Shown here in pieces: positions 1-13,943 of a stretch of DNA of 64,000 nt. Positions within the stretch are counted from its first letter, which is position 1, and each line of letters opens with the position of its first letter. Under the pieces are notes generated by a model. That model searched no databases and was not told the DNA's origin. It was given only the letters and a program-made list of their open reading frames with translations. The stretch covers positions 33,604,001-33,668,000 of the forward strand of contig OZ024749.1 in assembly GCA_964016885.1 (NCBI GenBank), in the 5' to 3' direction. The translations under genes were made by a program, and so were the position numbers. Origin of the DNA: Eledone cirrhosa. Lineage: Eukaryota.

Positions 1-50
1 ACCTGAATATACAATGAAGAAGAATAATAATAATAACAACAACCACCGCC

Positions 51-82
<32 letters not shown>

Positions 83-193
83 ATAATAATAATGATAATA
101 ATGATAATAATAATGATAAAAATAAAAATAACATAAGTGATTATGAATTGAATACAGTATTTGGATGAAGTGTTTCAGAATATTTCTGTAATA

Positions 194-660
194 TAAAAGC
201 GGGTTATTATAAACTTGTTGATCATGCCGCTAAAAATAGCAGCGCGATACAACGTTTTGTTCTCTACATAAGGAGAAAAATTATAATTATCCATACCCTT
301 TTATAATTTTTCTCCTTATGTAGAGAACAAAACGTTGTATCGCGCTGCTATTTTTAGCGGCATGATCAGCAAGTTTATGATAACCCGCTTTTACTTGTGG
401 CCTAATTTTGCGTGTGCGTCACTTCAACGGCTTGACCGTACGCGTTGGGCAGTAAGTGAAATATTGACTTACTATGAGGTTTGCAGCCTTATGTTATGGA
501 AATAGCTGTCTGAAGATCTAATTCTTTCCATTGGAAATTCTCTGGATTTCCAATCTTTTGATTAGTGAAACCGTCGGTAACAGCAATAGAACAGGTGAAT
601 ATTTAAATCGTTTTTTAATTTATTTAAAACATTGTTTGATAATTGCTTGCCCCGCTTATT
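194..660 (+). mobile_element. Penelope-like pLTR remnant with 5' fold-back inversion (arms 194-286 / 301-393), HHR, ending in (TA)n
   Basis: Near-perfect 93-bp inverted repeat, HHR core at 505-584, abuts (TA)n at ~661. Confidence 0.7.
505..584 (+). ncRNA. Type I hammerhead ribozyme, extended stem II
   Basis: GCTGT-CTGAAGA-[TCTAAT...ATTAGT]-GAAA-CCGTCGG-TA-ACAGC; stem I GCTGT/ACAGC pairs. Confidence 0.8.
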
Positions 661-808
661 TATATATATATATATATACGCGCACACGCACACGCACACG
701 CACACACACATATATATATATAAGGTATAGGATTATCTTAGATGTAGTAATGGTTAATTACCACACTGGATATGGTTGAAGTACGGTGAGAGGTTACTCT
801 ACGAGTAA

Positions 809-1138
809 TGGTATTACATCGGATCTACCACCACCTCGTTTAAATCTCGCTGGTACCGTCATCGATTCTCAATCAAACATCCTGATCACCGTTTTGTGAC
901 CACGCTCGCCAACAAGACCTGGCAACTCCGTGAACGCAACCAACTGTTCACCTTAAAATGGGATATACTTTCCAGCGCAAGTGCATGTCGGAGTGGATTG
1001 AAGTACTGTAGGTTATGTAACCTTGAACTCTTTTACATATTAAAATCCAAAAATAAACTACTTAACGATAGAATCGAACGATCATTATACTGCAACCACA
1101 AACTAAAAGCTAAATTCTCTCACTATAAAATAACTTAA
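809..1138 (+). pseudogene. PLE GIY-YIG endonuclease C-terminal fragment, Naiad/Chlamys-like (CxxC insert)
   Basis: In frame with ORF 896..1138: YIGSTTTSFKSRWYRH...LANKTWQL...LKWDIL...CRLCNLELFYI...LLNDRIE...CNHK; TAA at 806-808 upstream. Confidence 0.8.
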
Positions 1139-1633
1139 CATTCGAACCCGTAACTATAACATCGCTTTCTAGCTAACCACCTTCTCTTCCCTCACACTAC
1201 AAGACAATACCCTGCTTATCACTATAAACGGTAATTCAGTGCAATTCGCAGATTACTACTACGAACCCAAAGTTCACCCACCCCATAGACTTCGTCTGTC
1301 CCCTCTCTATCTCTCTCTCTATATCCATTCCACTCTCTCTCTCTCGCCTTTGGCCTACCTCCCTCCCTCTTCACATCTATGAACCTGCCCTCTGGGGCAA
1401 TAAATAATTCCAACCTTGACTATCAACGCATCTCTCTAAAAGTAACCAGTATAATAAAACCCCTACCATAACATTTTGATTAAGATATCTACAAACCACT
1501 CTATCCTATTTCTCCAACTCCTGCATATATTTCTTTCTCTCTCCCTCTCCCCTACTTTTCTCTCTTCCTTTTCTACTCTATCTTCTCCAATAACCTCACT
1601 TAAGGGTATTTACATTGTACATTTTAACCATTC

Positions 1634-1745
1634 TGCTCTGATGATACAGTGGTCACAGCATTTGATATTTGAGTTCTGCAAATAGTTGTAAATTTGCACA
1701 TAGCATAACTAGGCTGTATTACCACCGTGGAAACATTTGTAAGCA
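1634..1745 (+). ncRNA. Hammerhead ribozyme with ~85-nt stem II in the 3' pLTR of the 722-1797 PLE
   Basis: TGCT-CTGATGA-TACAGTGGTCACAGC...GCTGTATTACCACCGTG-GAAA-CATTTG-TA-AGCA. Confidence 0.75.
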
Positions 1746-1795
1746 CACGGAATAAATTACCTTTTTATGATGTCTACCTGTTATTATTCATTCTT

Positions 1796-1827
<32 letters not shown>

Positions 1828-2182
1828 TAAATTACAGGCATCAGCTGTTTGTAAGCAGTTATAAGTAATTGTATTGTAAGTTTGTAAGTCGGTAGTTCAT
1901 ATTCAAAAATAATGAGGCGACACGCTTATTAGGCTGTGCTCGATGTGAGCAATTGGATTGCGCACCTCTACCAAGTAAGATACATTCATTTTCGTTACTG
2001 AACATATGATCTTATGTATGTATGTATGAGTGGACATATAATGTGGGTATGTATAGAAGTCCCACTTATATTCTGTAAAAGCGGGACTAGGTACTATGTA
2101 CTTTTAGCATCATTTTTCCTTGGACTTTCTCTGAAGAAATGCGTTTAATGCTATCGATCAGTGTGGAATAATGGATTATTAA

Positions 2183-2590
2183 ATAATTGTTTCTATTTTG
2201 GCACAAAGCCAGCAATTACCCAGTGCATAACTGGTACTTTATTTTATCGACCCCGTAAGGATGAAAGGTAAAGTTAACCTCGGCGGGATTTGAACTCAGA
2301 ACGGGAAGGCCCGTAACTCTATGCGTTAAAGCATGGCGTCCGACCCTCTTCCGATACTGCCAATCCACCGCCCCTGGATTATGAAATAATTGTTTCTACA
2401 TTAGGCACAAGGCCAGCAATTACCCAGTACATTACTGGTACTTTATTTTATCGACCCCGTAAGGATGAAAGGCAAAGTTAACCTCGGCGGGATTTGAATT
2501 CAGACTGTAAAGAGACCTAACTATGCTAGAAAGCATGGCGTCCGACCCTCTACAGATACTGCCAATTCACCGCCAATTCACCGCCATTTC
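2183..2590 (-). mobile_element. Two tandem copies of the tRNA-derived octopod-type SINE
   Basis: Reverse complement of consensus GGCGGTGGATTGGCAGTATCGG...GAGTTCAAATCCCGCCGAGG...AGAAACAATTATT; flank GGATTAT(G/T)AAATAAT repeated three times. Confidence 0.9.
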
Positions 2591-2749
2591 ACCTGGATTA
2601 TGAAATAATGTAAATTTCACACTCATCACATGACCTGCGATAAACAGGTGAAACTTCAGAGTTACAAGACTCACTGCTTGACCTCAATAATTATATATTG
2701 TGCATGAGTGTGCATGAGTGTGTATGCTTATCTAAAAACCTTATTATTA

Positions 2750-2890
2750 ACAGACACACGCACACACTCACACCCTATCCTCCTCTCTCTCTATCTCTCA
2801 CACACACACAGACACACACACAGACACACAGACACACACACAGGCACGCACGCACGCACACACACACACGCACACGCACACGCAAACACG

Positions 2891-2947
<57 letters not shown>

Positions 2948-2993
2948 TCCAACTTTTTATATATTCAAAGCGATTGAGAAAGTTCAATTCCCT

Positions 2994-3091
<98 letters not shown>

Positions 3092-3147
3092 TACATACAT
3101 ACATACATACATACATACATACATACATACATACATACATACATACA

Positions 3148-3178
<31 letters not shown>
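2750..3178. repeat. (CA)n/(CATA)n compound microsatellite
   Basis: Direct reading. Confidence 0.95.
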
Positions 3179-3179
<1 letters not shown>

Positions 3180-3520
3180 GTGACGAAACATAAGTCAATT
3201 GCATGAACTCATAATCATTTATTTACTGCTATATATATATATTTCGATGATAGCCATTGTATGGCTATGACCTCATCAGGCAGTTAGTCAGTTCTTAGAT
3301 ATGCCATTTTACCTGGTATATCTAAGAACTGATTAACTGCCTAATGAGGTCATAGCCATCCAATGGCTATCATCGAAATATATATAGCAGTAAATAAATG
3401 ATTATGAGTTCATGCAATTGACTTGTTTCGTCACTATTATAACTCCGGAACTTATATCTTCGTTGAGTGCTCCCTATCCGCATACTGAAGTACTGGATTT
3501 TACCAACACTTTCTTGCTTA
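3177..3520 (+). mobile_element. PLE pLTR remnant: ~125-bp inverted repeat carrying an HHR in each arm (3225-3284 minus, CTGATGA; 3336-3391 plus, CTAATGA)
   Basis: ACTGC-CT(G/A)ATGA-GGTCATAGCCAT..ATGGCTATCATC-GAAA-TATATA-TA-GCAGT; ends in (TA)n. Confidence 0.8.
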
Positions 3521-3548
3521 TATATATATATATATATGTATATATATA

Positions 3549-3740
3549 GTTTTAATATAGATGAGATTCTACAGGACTAGAACTGTTTCATTCTTTAGGA
3601 ATTCTACACGACTAGAACTGTTGCGTCGTCAGCGCGTTCGGGGCGCCGTTGTCGTTCGCGCGCATCTATATTAAAACTTTTATACTCTGCAATGTATTGA
3701 GTACCTTACTGTGGTTACCTCCGATTCAACCCGGAATAAC

Positions 3741-3745
<5 letters not shown>
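3549..3745 (+). mobile_element. PLE pLTR remnant, same family as 25400-25600 and 50563-50655
   Basis: Shared TTCTACAGGACTAGAA and CTATATTAAA..TTTATACTCTG segments; (TA)n flanks. Confidence 0.65.
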
Positions 3746-3783
<38 letters not shown>

Positions 3784-4186
3784 CAACTTTTTATATATTC
3801 AAAGCGATTGAGAAAGCTCAATCTTATGCGAAAAATTAGAATGTGTTTTTTTTATCGCACTGGGTTAAGATGCTACATATGTTTTGAAACTCTACGTGTG
3901 TACAGCTTCAGGCTTTACAGTATAAAGAACAAACGGCGCTATATGACGGGAAAACGTGTTAATAAATGAGATTCAAGTGGAAAGTATGGTATTGCCAGAT
4001 ACTATAAAACGGGTTTGTGGATTCATTTAGAAAGAGTGATGGTTGTTATCGATAATCTATACCTGAGTCTCCGTGTAAAATTATCATTTTAAGTCACGTT
4101 GATTCTTTGTGAATGCTGGTCTATATAGGAGCGTGAATCAGTGTCAAGGGATGGAGCAATTTTGGTGCGGCGTTTGAATTTATGAC

Positions 4187-4218
<32 letters not shown>

Positions 4219-4919
4219 ATGCATATATATTCGTATATACATCCTCATAGATATAGATATATATGCGTAGACACATACCTACACACATACGTAGATACAG
4301 TGACACATGCACTTAAATACACACACACCTACACAGTGACACATGCACTTAAACACATACACACGGACACGGTGACACACACACACACACACATACATAC
4401 ATACATACATACATACATACATACATACATACATACATACATACATACATACATACATACATACATACATGAGAGAGAGAGTCGCTGTTCTCCCATTGAA
4501 GATAAAAGAAACCACAAACCCTCACACGAAGAAGAGGTCAACAACAAAACAAAAAACACGAAGAAATAAAAGAAGAAAAACAAACAAAAAGGATGGAAAA
4601 GCCAAAGGAATCAAAGCAAGTCCCTCTGCCTCCCCCTAAAAATGCCAATCCTCAACTATGGATCCTATCTATTGATAAACGTATTGGTAAATCTATTAAG
4701 ATATTTATCCATGATACATCGCTTCTTTGACAAACCAACCTATTTACAATAAATACGATATGGCAATAGATCGATTCAGAGTAATTGAATGTAAGCTAAG
4801 ATGGATGTAGAAAATGTAATCGAGAAATGGGGAGGGTTCACTGTTAAGTGGCAACGGTGAATCAGTGGGATTAAATATCAGAAGATCATGACATATACAC
4901 TAAATACACTCACACACAG

Positions 4920-5685
<766 letters not shown>

Positions 5686-5784
5686 AATGAGTACTCTTCA
5701 CAATATTACACCAGGATTGACCATACGGAATGACCAGTTCTATCCAGTGGTGAACCAACAAACCTAATGATATATATATATATA

Positions 5785-6514
5785 TATATAGAAATTACAT
5801 GAATCAAAGTTCTGTTTAAATCATTTATTTGCTTACAATTGTTTCTTCCAAACCGAGGTTTGGCATCTTCGGAGCAATTATTCAATGATTTTTTACATAC
5901 TTGACCTCCTTTTCAACACAAGAGACATATAGAAACATATGTATATATTGACCCACAGTAGGTTGACATCCATTATAATAATATAGCATGGCAATTTACA
6001 TACAAAGATTACAGTCATATTAAAGGACAAAATTAAAGTTAAAATTAAAATTAAAATTAAAATAAAATTAAAATAAAACATTGGCAGTTTAATTTAATTT
6101 TAACTTTAATTTTGTCCTTTAATATGACTGTAATCTTTGTATGTAAATTGCCATGCTATATTATTATAATGGATGTCAACCCACTGTGGGTCAATATATA
6201 CATATGTTTCTATATGTCTCTTGTGTTGAAAAGGAGGTCAAGTATGTAAAAAAAATCACTGAATAATTGCTCCGAAGACTCCAAACCTCGGTTTGGAAGA
6301 AATAATTGTAAGCAAATAAATGATTTAAACAGAACTTTGATTCATGTAATTTCTATATAACTGCTCGGTAAAACAACTGATGTTGTTACATTGAGCTATT
6401 TATCTTACTGGTAATAAGATAGTAATAAATTACTGTCTTTCACTATTTAGGGTTTAAAATATATATAACTATAAAAGGTTTTAGTATATACATAACCTTA
6501 AATAGTATCCTTAA

Positions 6515-6520
<6 letters not shown>
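5785..6520 (+). mobile_element. PLE pLTR remnant with ~270-bp inverted repeat; HHR variant (CCGAAGA core) in both arms (5830-5876 minus; 6268-6314 plus)
   Basis: Arms ~5785-6065 / 6088-6358; TGCT-CCGAAGA-[CCAAAC..GTTTGG]-GAAA-TAATTG-TA-AGCA. Confidence 0.8.
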
Positions 6521-6548
<28 letters not shown>

Positions 6549-6804
6549 CATATATATTATTATATGTTTTGAACACATATGTTTCTGTGTTTATCTCTCT
6601 TTATTATATTGAATTATATATACACACATACACTTATACATACATACATATATATACGTACATATATATGTATACACACACACACATATATATATATGTG
6701 TGTGTGTATATATATATGTGTATATATATATGTATATATATATATGTATATATATATATGTGTATATATATGTGTATATGTATATATGTATATGTATATA
6801 TATG

Positions 6805-6864
<60 letters not shown>

Positions 6865-7069
6865 ATAGATAATGATATATGTGTGTGTGTGTGTGTTTGT
6901 ATAATATGTATATATGTGTTTGGTGTATGTATATATGTGTTTGTGTATGTATATATATGTGTGTATATATATATGTGTGTGCATATATGTAGTATATATA
7001 TGGTATGTGTATAAAAAATATATATAAAATGTGTGTGTATATAATTGGGTGTAAATGTATGTCTATGTG

Positions 7070-7127
<58 letters not shown>

Positions 7128-7515
7128 GTGTGTGTGTGTGTTATGTGTTTGTATGTAGTATATATGGACTGTAGATACATTTACATATAGGGAAGTGAAT
7201 ATGTGACCCAGCATGTCCCACCACACTTCCTCTCCCAGATCAATATCAACAACACATCATTGACAAATATTCCCAAACCTCCCTTCTTTTCTCTTTTTCC
7301 TGTCATCCCATTCTTATCAAAAGACATGTATCTTACACCTCATTAAAACCCAGACAAGCACCTAAATTCATCTTTGATATAGAAATCTGTAGAAGATATT
7401 CTTTATGGATTTGGAAGATCTATGCCATTATAAACTCATCAAAGGTCAGCTAATGAAATAAAACCAGCATGAGACAAACACCCTTATCTTACAACCTCTC
7501 CATTTTCTGAGTTTG

Positions 7516-7546
<31 letters not shown>

Positions 7547-7832
7547 ACGTGTATGTCTGTGTATGTATGTATACTTTAATTCCTCGGGACCTTCATTGTC
7601 ATCAACACTCACTAAGACCACACACCACACCTCAGACACATCCAAATCTCTCTTATATATAGTCAGACATTTCAACACAACCTGATCTGAGTTTGACAAT
7701 CGCCACAGACAGACGAATGCAAGAAAGTTCTCCAACCAAAGTTAACCTAAAATTCTTTCCACCGAAGTTAACAAAGAACTTACTGGATCTACCAACTCAT
7801 AATATAATATTATAATATTATATTATTATATA

Positions 7833-8150
7833 GGGCGGTGGATTGGCAGTACCGGTAGAGGGTCGGACGCCATGCTTTGACGCATAGTTACGGCCCTGGC
7901 CATTCTGAGTTCAAATCCCGCCGAGGTTAACTTTGCCTTTCATCCTTACGAGGTCGATAAAATAAAGTACCAGTAATACACTGGGTGATTGCTGGCCTTG
8001 TGCCAAAAGTAGAAACAATTATATTATTATATAGGGCGGTGGATTGGCAGTACCGGTAGTGGGTCGGACGCCATGCTTTGACGCATAGAGTTACGGCCCT
8101 TGCCATTCTGAGTTCAAATTCCGCCGAGGTTAACTTTGCCTTTCATCCTT
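7833..8150 (+). mobile_element. SINE full copy plus 3'-truncated copy
   Basis: Consensus match; flank ATTATTATATA repeated. Confidence 0.9.
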
Positions 8151-8151
8151 C

Positions 8152-8195
<44 letters not shown>

Positions 8196-8260
8196 ATATA
8201 TATATACACATATCTATATATCTCTATATATATACACATATCTATATATATATACACATA

Positions 8261-8297
<37 letters not shown>

Positions 8298-8298
8298 C

Positions 8299-8330
<32 letters not shown>

Positions 8331-10059
8331 TATATATATATATACACATATCTATATATATATATATATACACATATCTATCTATATATATATATATATA
8401 TATACATGCGCACACACACATATATATATATATATATACATATCTATAGAGAGGGATAGATTTAGAGAAAGAAAAGAACTAGAGTATTCTTAGTTATTAC
8501 TTTTGGATTTAGATTTTTCTTTAGATATCAGCACACCGCTGCTTAACTTGCATAATACTAATATTTGGATTTGTAATTCTTCAGATTTGATATGTGTCAT
8601 TTCAATAGAGTTGTCAACTAACATTATTTGATAAAGTTACACGTAATAGTGTGTGTGTGTGTGTTTTTTTCTGTTCTCTCTTTTTTTTTTATTTCACGGA
8701 CAATGACTGTTAAATCCTCGTGATAGCAAGTTGTTCGAAGCTCTTCCGGCTATTAGAGCTGTTTTTTTTTTGGGGGGGGGGGGTTGTATATATATATATA
8801 TATTGCTATTCTGATAATATATAATGTTTAAGAAAACATCGCAAAGATTTCTCATTGAAAAACTGTGTTTCTTATTGGCTCTAGCTTTGCCATAAATGAA
8901 AACATTGGAATGTTTAATCCAGAATATTCTTTGTTCCTTTATAAACGAAAGTTTCCTTTTATTTTAAATGAAATTTCAATGACTTCTTCAAAGTTGGAAA
9001 TACTTTCAAACTGTTCTATTCTTTAGAATTCTTTCGTTTCTCTAGAAAACACTACCTAAGATTTTCAAATAATTTTGAAAATATTCAAATGTTTGGAACA
9101 TAATTTTACAACTGCATTTACATAAAATTATGATGGGAATTTTTTAAAAAGAAATATAAACACTTTAAAATAAATAGCTTTCCTTAGCATACCGGTCAGT
9201 TATGTTACAATTACACCAAAATAAGATTAGTCATTCAACTGTCATTTTAAAGCCTTATCTATCGACCAGTGAATGTAAATGAATGCATTAGCCACCAGGT
9301 TCCAAAATTCATAGCTAAAAGGCTTTCAAATATTTATTCATAAACATACCGTATATCATTAGACATACAAAATGCACATACATATATGTATACAGCTTTG
9401 CCGGAACGAAAACCTTAATCCAATTTTCAGGTTAAGCCGGCTTGACAGCTCCATATACAAACGAGACTAATTAGCCCATGTACATATACTACACATTTTC
9501 GCCTGTATTAAATTCCACCAGAGAGCAGGACCACCATCCAGAAACGATCGTCGATAGTTGCCCTTTTCTGGTTCTGCTTCCAAATTTGTAGTTTAGTGTT
9601 TCTGAGGACGTCGCTCGATGGATCAGGAATTTCGTGACTACAAACAGTTAGCGACCTAAGCACTACCATTCTTGTGGATATATCGATCTTGCACGATCAA
9701 ACAACCCTCTGAAACAATCGTAAAACAATGAACTAATTAACTACCTACCCCTGACTTTTGGTTTGTTTTCATTGCCCCCCCCCCTCCTCTCACGCACGCG
9801 CACACGCGCGCGCACCCACACACACACGCGCGCGCACCCACACCCACACCCACACACACACCCTATCTATCTTCTTTTTACAAAACAGTTCTTTTCCTTT
9901 TCCGGTAGACGCGCTCCGCCATCCACTTTTCTAAAAAATAAATCATACACAAAACGCCAGCACCAACAATTTTGCAAGAGATGTCAACATGAATGGACCT
10001 GTTATTTTTATCTAAAGACATTTTTTCCAATCCCAACCCGCCCGTCCCCTCAATTTATC

Positions 10060-10195
10060 TTATTTCTCATTCTTTCTTCTGATGAAGGACTAGCGTCCGA
10101 AACGTTAAGATCCTCTTCCTGCTATTTCAAGCGTTAACCTAATATATCCCTTCCATATACTGTACCGATTGTGTTGTTATTTCTGTTTACCTTTC
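10060..10195 (+). mobile_element. PLE pLTR with minimal HHR (10075-10110); second copy at ~31570-31705
   Basis: TCTT-CTGATGA-AGGACTAGCGTCC-GAAA-CG-TT-AAGA; ~130 bp near-identical to 31570-31705. Confidence 0.8.
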
Positions 10196-10231
10196 AGACA
10201 CACACACGCACGCACGCACGCACGAGAATTC

Positions 10232-10265
<34 letters not shown>

Positions 10266-10539
10266 CTATATATATATATATGGCCTCAGCCGGATGGCTG
10301 AAACAGGTAAAAGAGTAAAAAAGTATATGAATTCGTGTATATATATATATATATGAATTCGTGTGTGTGTATATATATATATATATATACATAGCGGCGA
10401 TGAATTAGTTTAGCGAGGTTTTTTATATGAAATCGTGTGTCGAAACAAATATTGTTATACTTGGGGAGGGTCATATTTGTGTAATATTGCCAGAATTAAT
10501 AACAGAACACACTCACTGTTTGGTTGGTTTTCGCTTCTC

Positions 10540-12337
10540 TCAATGGTTATACGCCCCATAATCAAGATGTCCCCAGATGTATGTGACAGTACAGAGGATC
10601 TCCTCAGCAGAATCAGTGAGTGCAACAAAAACAGGAGCCTATCCAACTGCATAATAGGCAGCATGGATGTGGTGTCACTGTACCCATCCATTAACATTGA
10701 TTTTGCTGTGAAAAGATGTGTGGAGATGATCATTGAGAGTGAGGTGGAGTTCTGCGACGTCGACACAGACGAACTGGGCCTCCTACTTAGACTTACCTAC
10801 GACACTGACTACCTAGACAGCCATGACCTTAGATGTTTCTGCCCTAGTAGACCTATAAGAGGTAGACCCCCCCCCCCACCATAACCTCAATGGCAAAAAA
10901 GACTCCCATGGAAAGGTGGATTGGGTGGACCAAAGCTATACGGACCCCCCAAAACAATGATCAGGTAAGAAAAATGGTCGCACATGCAATAGGGGCTAAT
11001 ATCAAAACTACCCTAAAGGGCCACATATTAAGTTCAATGAGAAAATCTACACCCAAAATGAGGGGGCAGCCATCGGCGTCAGTATAGCTGGTGATGTTGC
11101 CAACCTTTTCATGGTATGGTGGGAAAGGAGACTTAAAGATCTCCTTAATGAAAGCTCCATAGACCTCATCATGTACTCTCGTTATGTAGACGATATCAAT
11201 ATAGTTATAAGAACACCCCTACTAGAGAGCACTAACAAGTTTGATTTAGAACGTAGCACGATGGAAAGCATCCAGCAGATAGCTAATTCCATACACCAGA
11301 GTATAACTGTAACTATCGACTTCCCTTGCAAACACCCTAACAATAGACTACCTGTATTAGACACAGAACTCTGGATTAACACTATAGACGAGAGAGCCCA
11401 AATTCTCCACTCACACTATGCTAAACCCATGGCCTCCAAATACCTGATACTCAAAAACTCAGCAATGTCCAGTAGTGCTAAGTTTAATATTCTGATCGCA
11501 GATTTGGTACGAGTGATGAAGAATGTGTCCAGCATGTGCGACCCAACATAAATGGAAAGACACATCCAACACTTCATCAACCGCATGCAGTTCTCTGGCT
11601 ACAACCAAAGAGACAGAGTCAGAGTATACGAAGGAGCCATGGAAAAGTATAAGACCCTCATAGGACTGGACATGAAAGGAATTTGCCCATTATACAGGAG
11701 CAAATCATGGAATAGCTTAGATAGGGCTAGACATAAGATAGGGAAAGCCACATCATCGTACGACAACCAGAGATACCAGAGTGTCATGTTTGTGGACGCC
11801 ACCCCTGGAGGGAAATTAGCTAACCAGTGTAGAAAGGCTCTGAGAAAGACCCACTTAAAAATAAAGGTGGTAGAAAAGCCAGGAACCACCATAAAATCCC
11901 TGATCAGCAAAACCTACCCTTTTAAGAAAACCCACTGTACCAATAGGAAATGTATCATATGTAAGGTGAACCCCCGGATAAACTGTAAAACTAGAAACGT
12001 AGTCTATAGCATAAGATGTACAGAGGGTACTTGCAGAAACATGACAACAACATACATAGGTGAGACAGCTCGTAGCATAGGTGAAAGGATAGACCAACAC
12101 TGGGGGGAACTAAAAGGACGAAAAAACGGGTCAGTACTATACGAACATGCTAGACAACAACATGACGGTAACATAGACAACATAGAAATTAGAATAATAT
12201 CTAAACATAGAAATGACCCAGCAGATAGGCAAATCAGAGAGGCCAGTGAAATAGAAATTAGAAGACCAAAGCTAAACAGAAAGAATGAGTGGAATAACAA
12301 CACCCAAACAAACAACACTGACCTAAGAGAAGTATAA
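10540..12337 (+). pseudogene. PLE polyprotein: reverse transcriptase + Cys-rich linker + GIY-YIG endonuclease; frameshifts near 10870 and 11030, in-frame TAA at 11549
   Basis: Motif A IGSMDVVSLYPSI; motif B QNEGAAIGVSIAGDVANLFM; motif C YSRYVDD; LPVLD; CTNRKCIIC; NVVYSIRC...YIGETARS..ER..H; R...EASEI...P.LN. Confidence 0.92.
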
Positions 12338-12593
12338 ATAAGTAAATAAAATAAGATAAATAAATACATACACAAGCACAATAACAACAAGCACATAAAC
12401 ACACACTAGTTACCCAGCAAACATAACACTATACACACTAGTCACACAGCAAACATAACACTATACACACACGCAAACGCATGCGCAAAGAAGACAAAAT
12501 AAAATAAACAAACAAGCAAATAAATAAATAAATATATAGACAGACTGAATAAAAAAAATGGCGTAGACATACAACACAACAGGAGGAAAATAT

Positions 12594-12664
12594 AACACCA
12601 CTGACGATGTTGCAGATGTGCAACGAAAGATTTATGTAAATTATGTAAACTATATATATGTGTT
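12594..12664 (+). ncRNA. HHR in pLTR of main element (stem I disrupted by TA expansion)
   Basis: CTGACGA-T-GTTGCA-GATG-TGCAAC-GAAA followed by long stem III. Confidence 0.6.
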
Positions 12665-13748
12665 TGTGTCTATATTGTATCTGTATTATTTTTGACCGTC
12701 GGTCAGTCAATGGCAACATTGAGGACCGAGTAAGCTAGATTGCAGATATAAAAGACAGCGAGAAGCGAAAACCAACCAAACAGTGAGTGTGTTCTGTTAT
12801 TAATTCTGGCAATATTACACAAATATGACCCTCCCCAAGTATAACAATATATATACATATATACATATGAATTCGTGTATATATATACATATGAATTCGT
12901 GTGTGTATATATATATATATATATATACATATGAATTCGTGTGTGTGAATGAATAATATATTAAGGTGTTAGAAAGATCAGTTTTCCATATAGGCAATTC
13001 ATTTGATAAAGTAAAAACTCCAGGAAAAAACCGACACGATCGTTAATATGATTATGATGGTGCAGCCTGCTGTTTATCGTTCACTCACTTAAACATTCAG
13101 CAATTTCCACGAGTCTATATTATCTTTCAGAAACCTGATAAAATATATTTCTCATTTACGCAAGAGTCCACGAATATGAGAGCAGCAGAAATGAAATAGA
13201 TTTAATCAACATGACAGCAACATCAGAACTTAGTAGTTATTAATTTTATTTTTAACCTTTCAAAAGAAGTAAGATAAAGTGGACTGCAAAACGATTTTAA
13301 CTCAGACTGACGTGTCTAAATACTGAAATGAATTCACTTTTATCACTTAACCATTTCTGTCAAGTAAACACCTCAATATCATAATGTGAAACTGAGAAAG
13401 TTTATAGCTGAAAATGGCGGAATTGCTAGAGCACAAAATGTCTTCCTGTTTACGTGGTCTTACGTGGCTTTGTGTCGCTTTACGTTGAGTTCATATTCTG
13501 CCGAACTCAACATTTGCCATTGATCTTTCACACTGACAAACACAGACATACACGACACATACACGAATATCACATACACTTACATACATACATAGTGGCT
13601 GTTAACTCTGCTAAGAGTATTGCAATCGTTTGTCAGATTACAGAAAATGGTGTACCTTTAGGCTACTGCCAGCCAGACGAACCTGTAACATATCCTGTGC
13701 GTTGTAACATATCCTGTGCTTTGAAGGATTGTTACATACATACATACA

Positions 13749-13943
13749 TGATGATGGCTGCAACTCGATTTCAAGTAATGCCATCGCTTGATACTTAAGT
13801 GGCTTTTTAGTCCTGCTAGGGACTTGCTTATGGCCAGTAATACCACAAATCGCAAAAGAATGTCACATATCAAGCGTTGCCTGTGCTTGAAGGTTTTTTT
13901 ACGCGAGGAAGGGCTTTGTACGAGGCCAAACCCAATCTCTGAA
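13749..13943 (-). mobile_element. RTE-type LINE 3' end with degenerate C2H2 finger and (TGTA)n tail
   Basis: SKSLAGLKSHL peptide and GCAGCCA(T)C-ATGTATG end shared with 44930-45250. Confidence 0.6.

Larger units (their letters stand above)
10449..12850 (+). mobile_element. Penelope-like retroelement, 5'-truncated, with 91-bp inverted terminal pLTR copy (10449-10539 / 12760-12850)
   Basis: RT and GIY-YIG coding remnants, HHR core at 12601, inverted termini read directly. Confidence 0.92.

Noticed and set aside
4470-4890. Unique-looking islands (also 7190-7800, 9390-9760, 55680-56000, 62150-62480) as host exons
   Set aside because: No recognisable protein motif or open frame with splice sites; probably unclassified TE fragments, but I cannot assign them
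7833-8020. SINE heads as genuine tRNA genes
   Set aside because: A/B boxes are present but there is no full cloverleaf; they carry a constant non-tRNA body, TSDs and ~25 copies
11549-11551. Selenocysteine or read-through at the in-frame stop of the PLE ORF (also TGA at 15610 on the minus strand)
   Set aside because: The stop at 11549 is TAA; the TGA at 15610 falls where Leu, not Cys, is expected; both elements are otherwise decayed
10449-12850. DNA transposon, suggested by the terminal inverted repeats
   Set aside because: The interior encodes RT plus GIY-YIG, not a transposase; the inverted end is a pLTR piece
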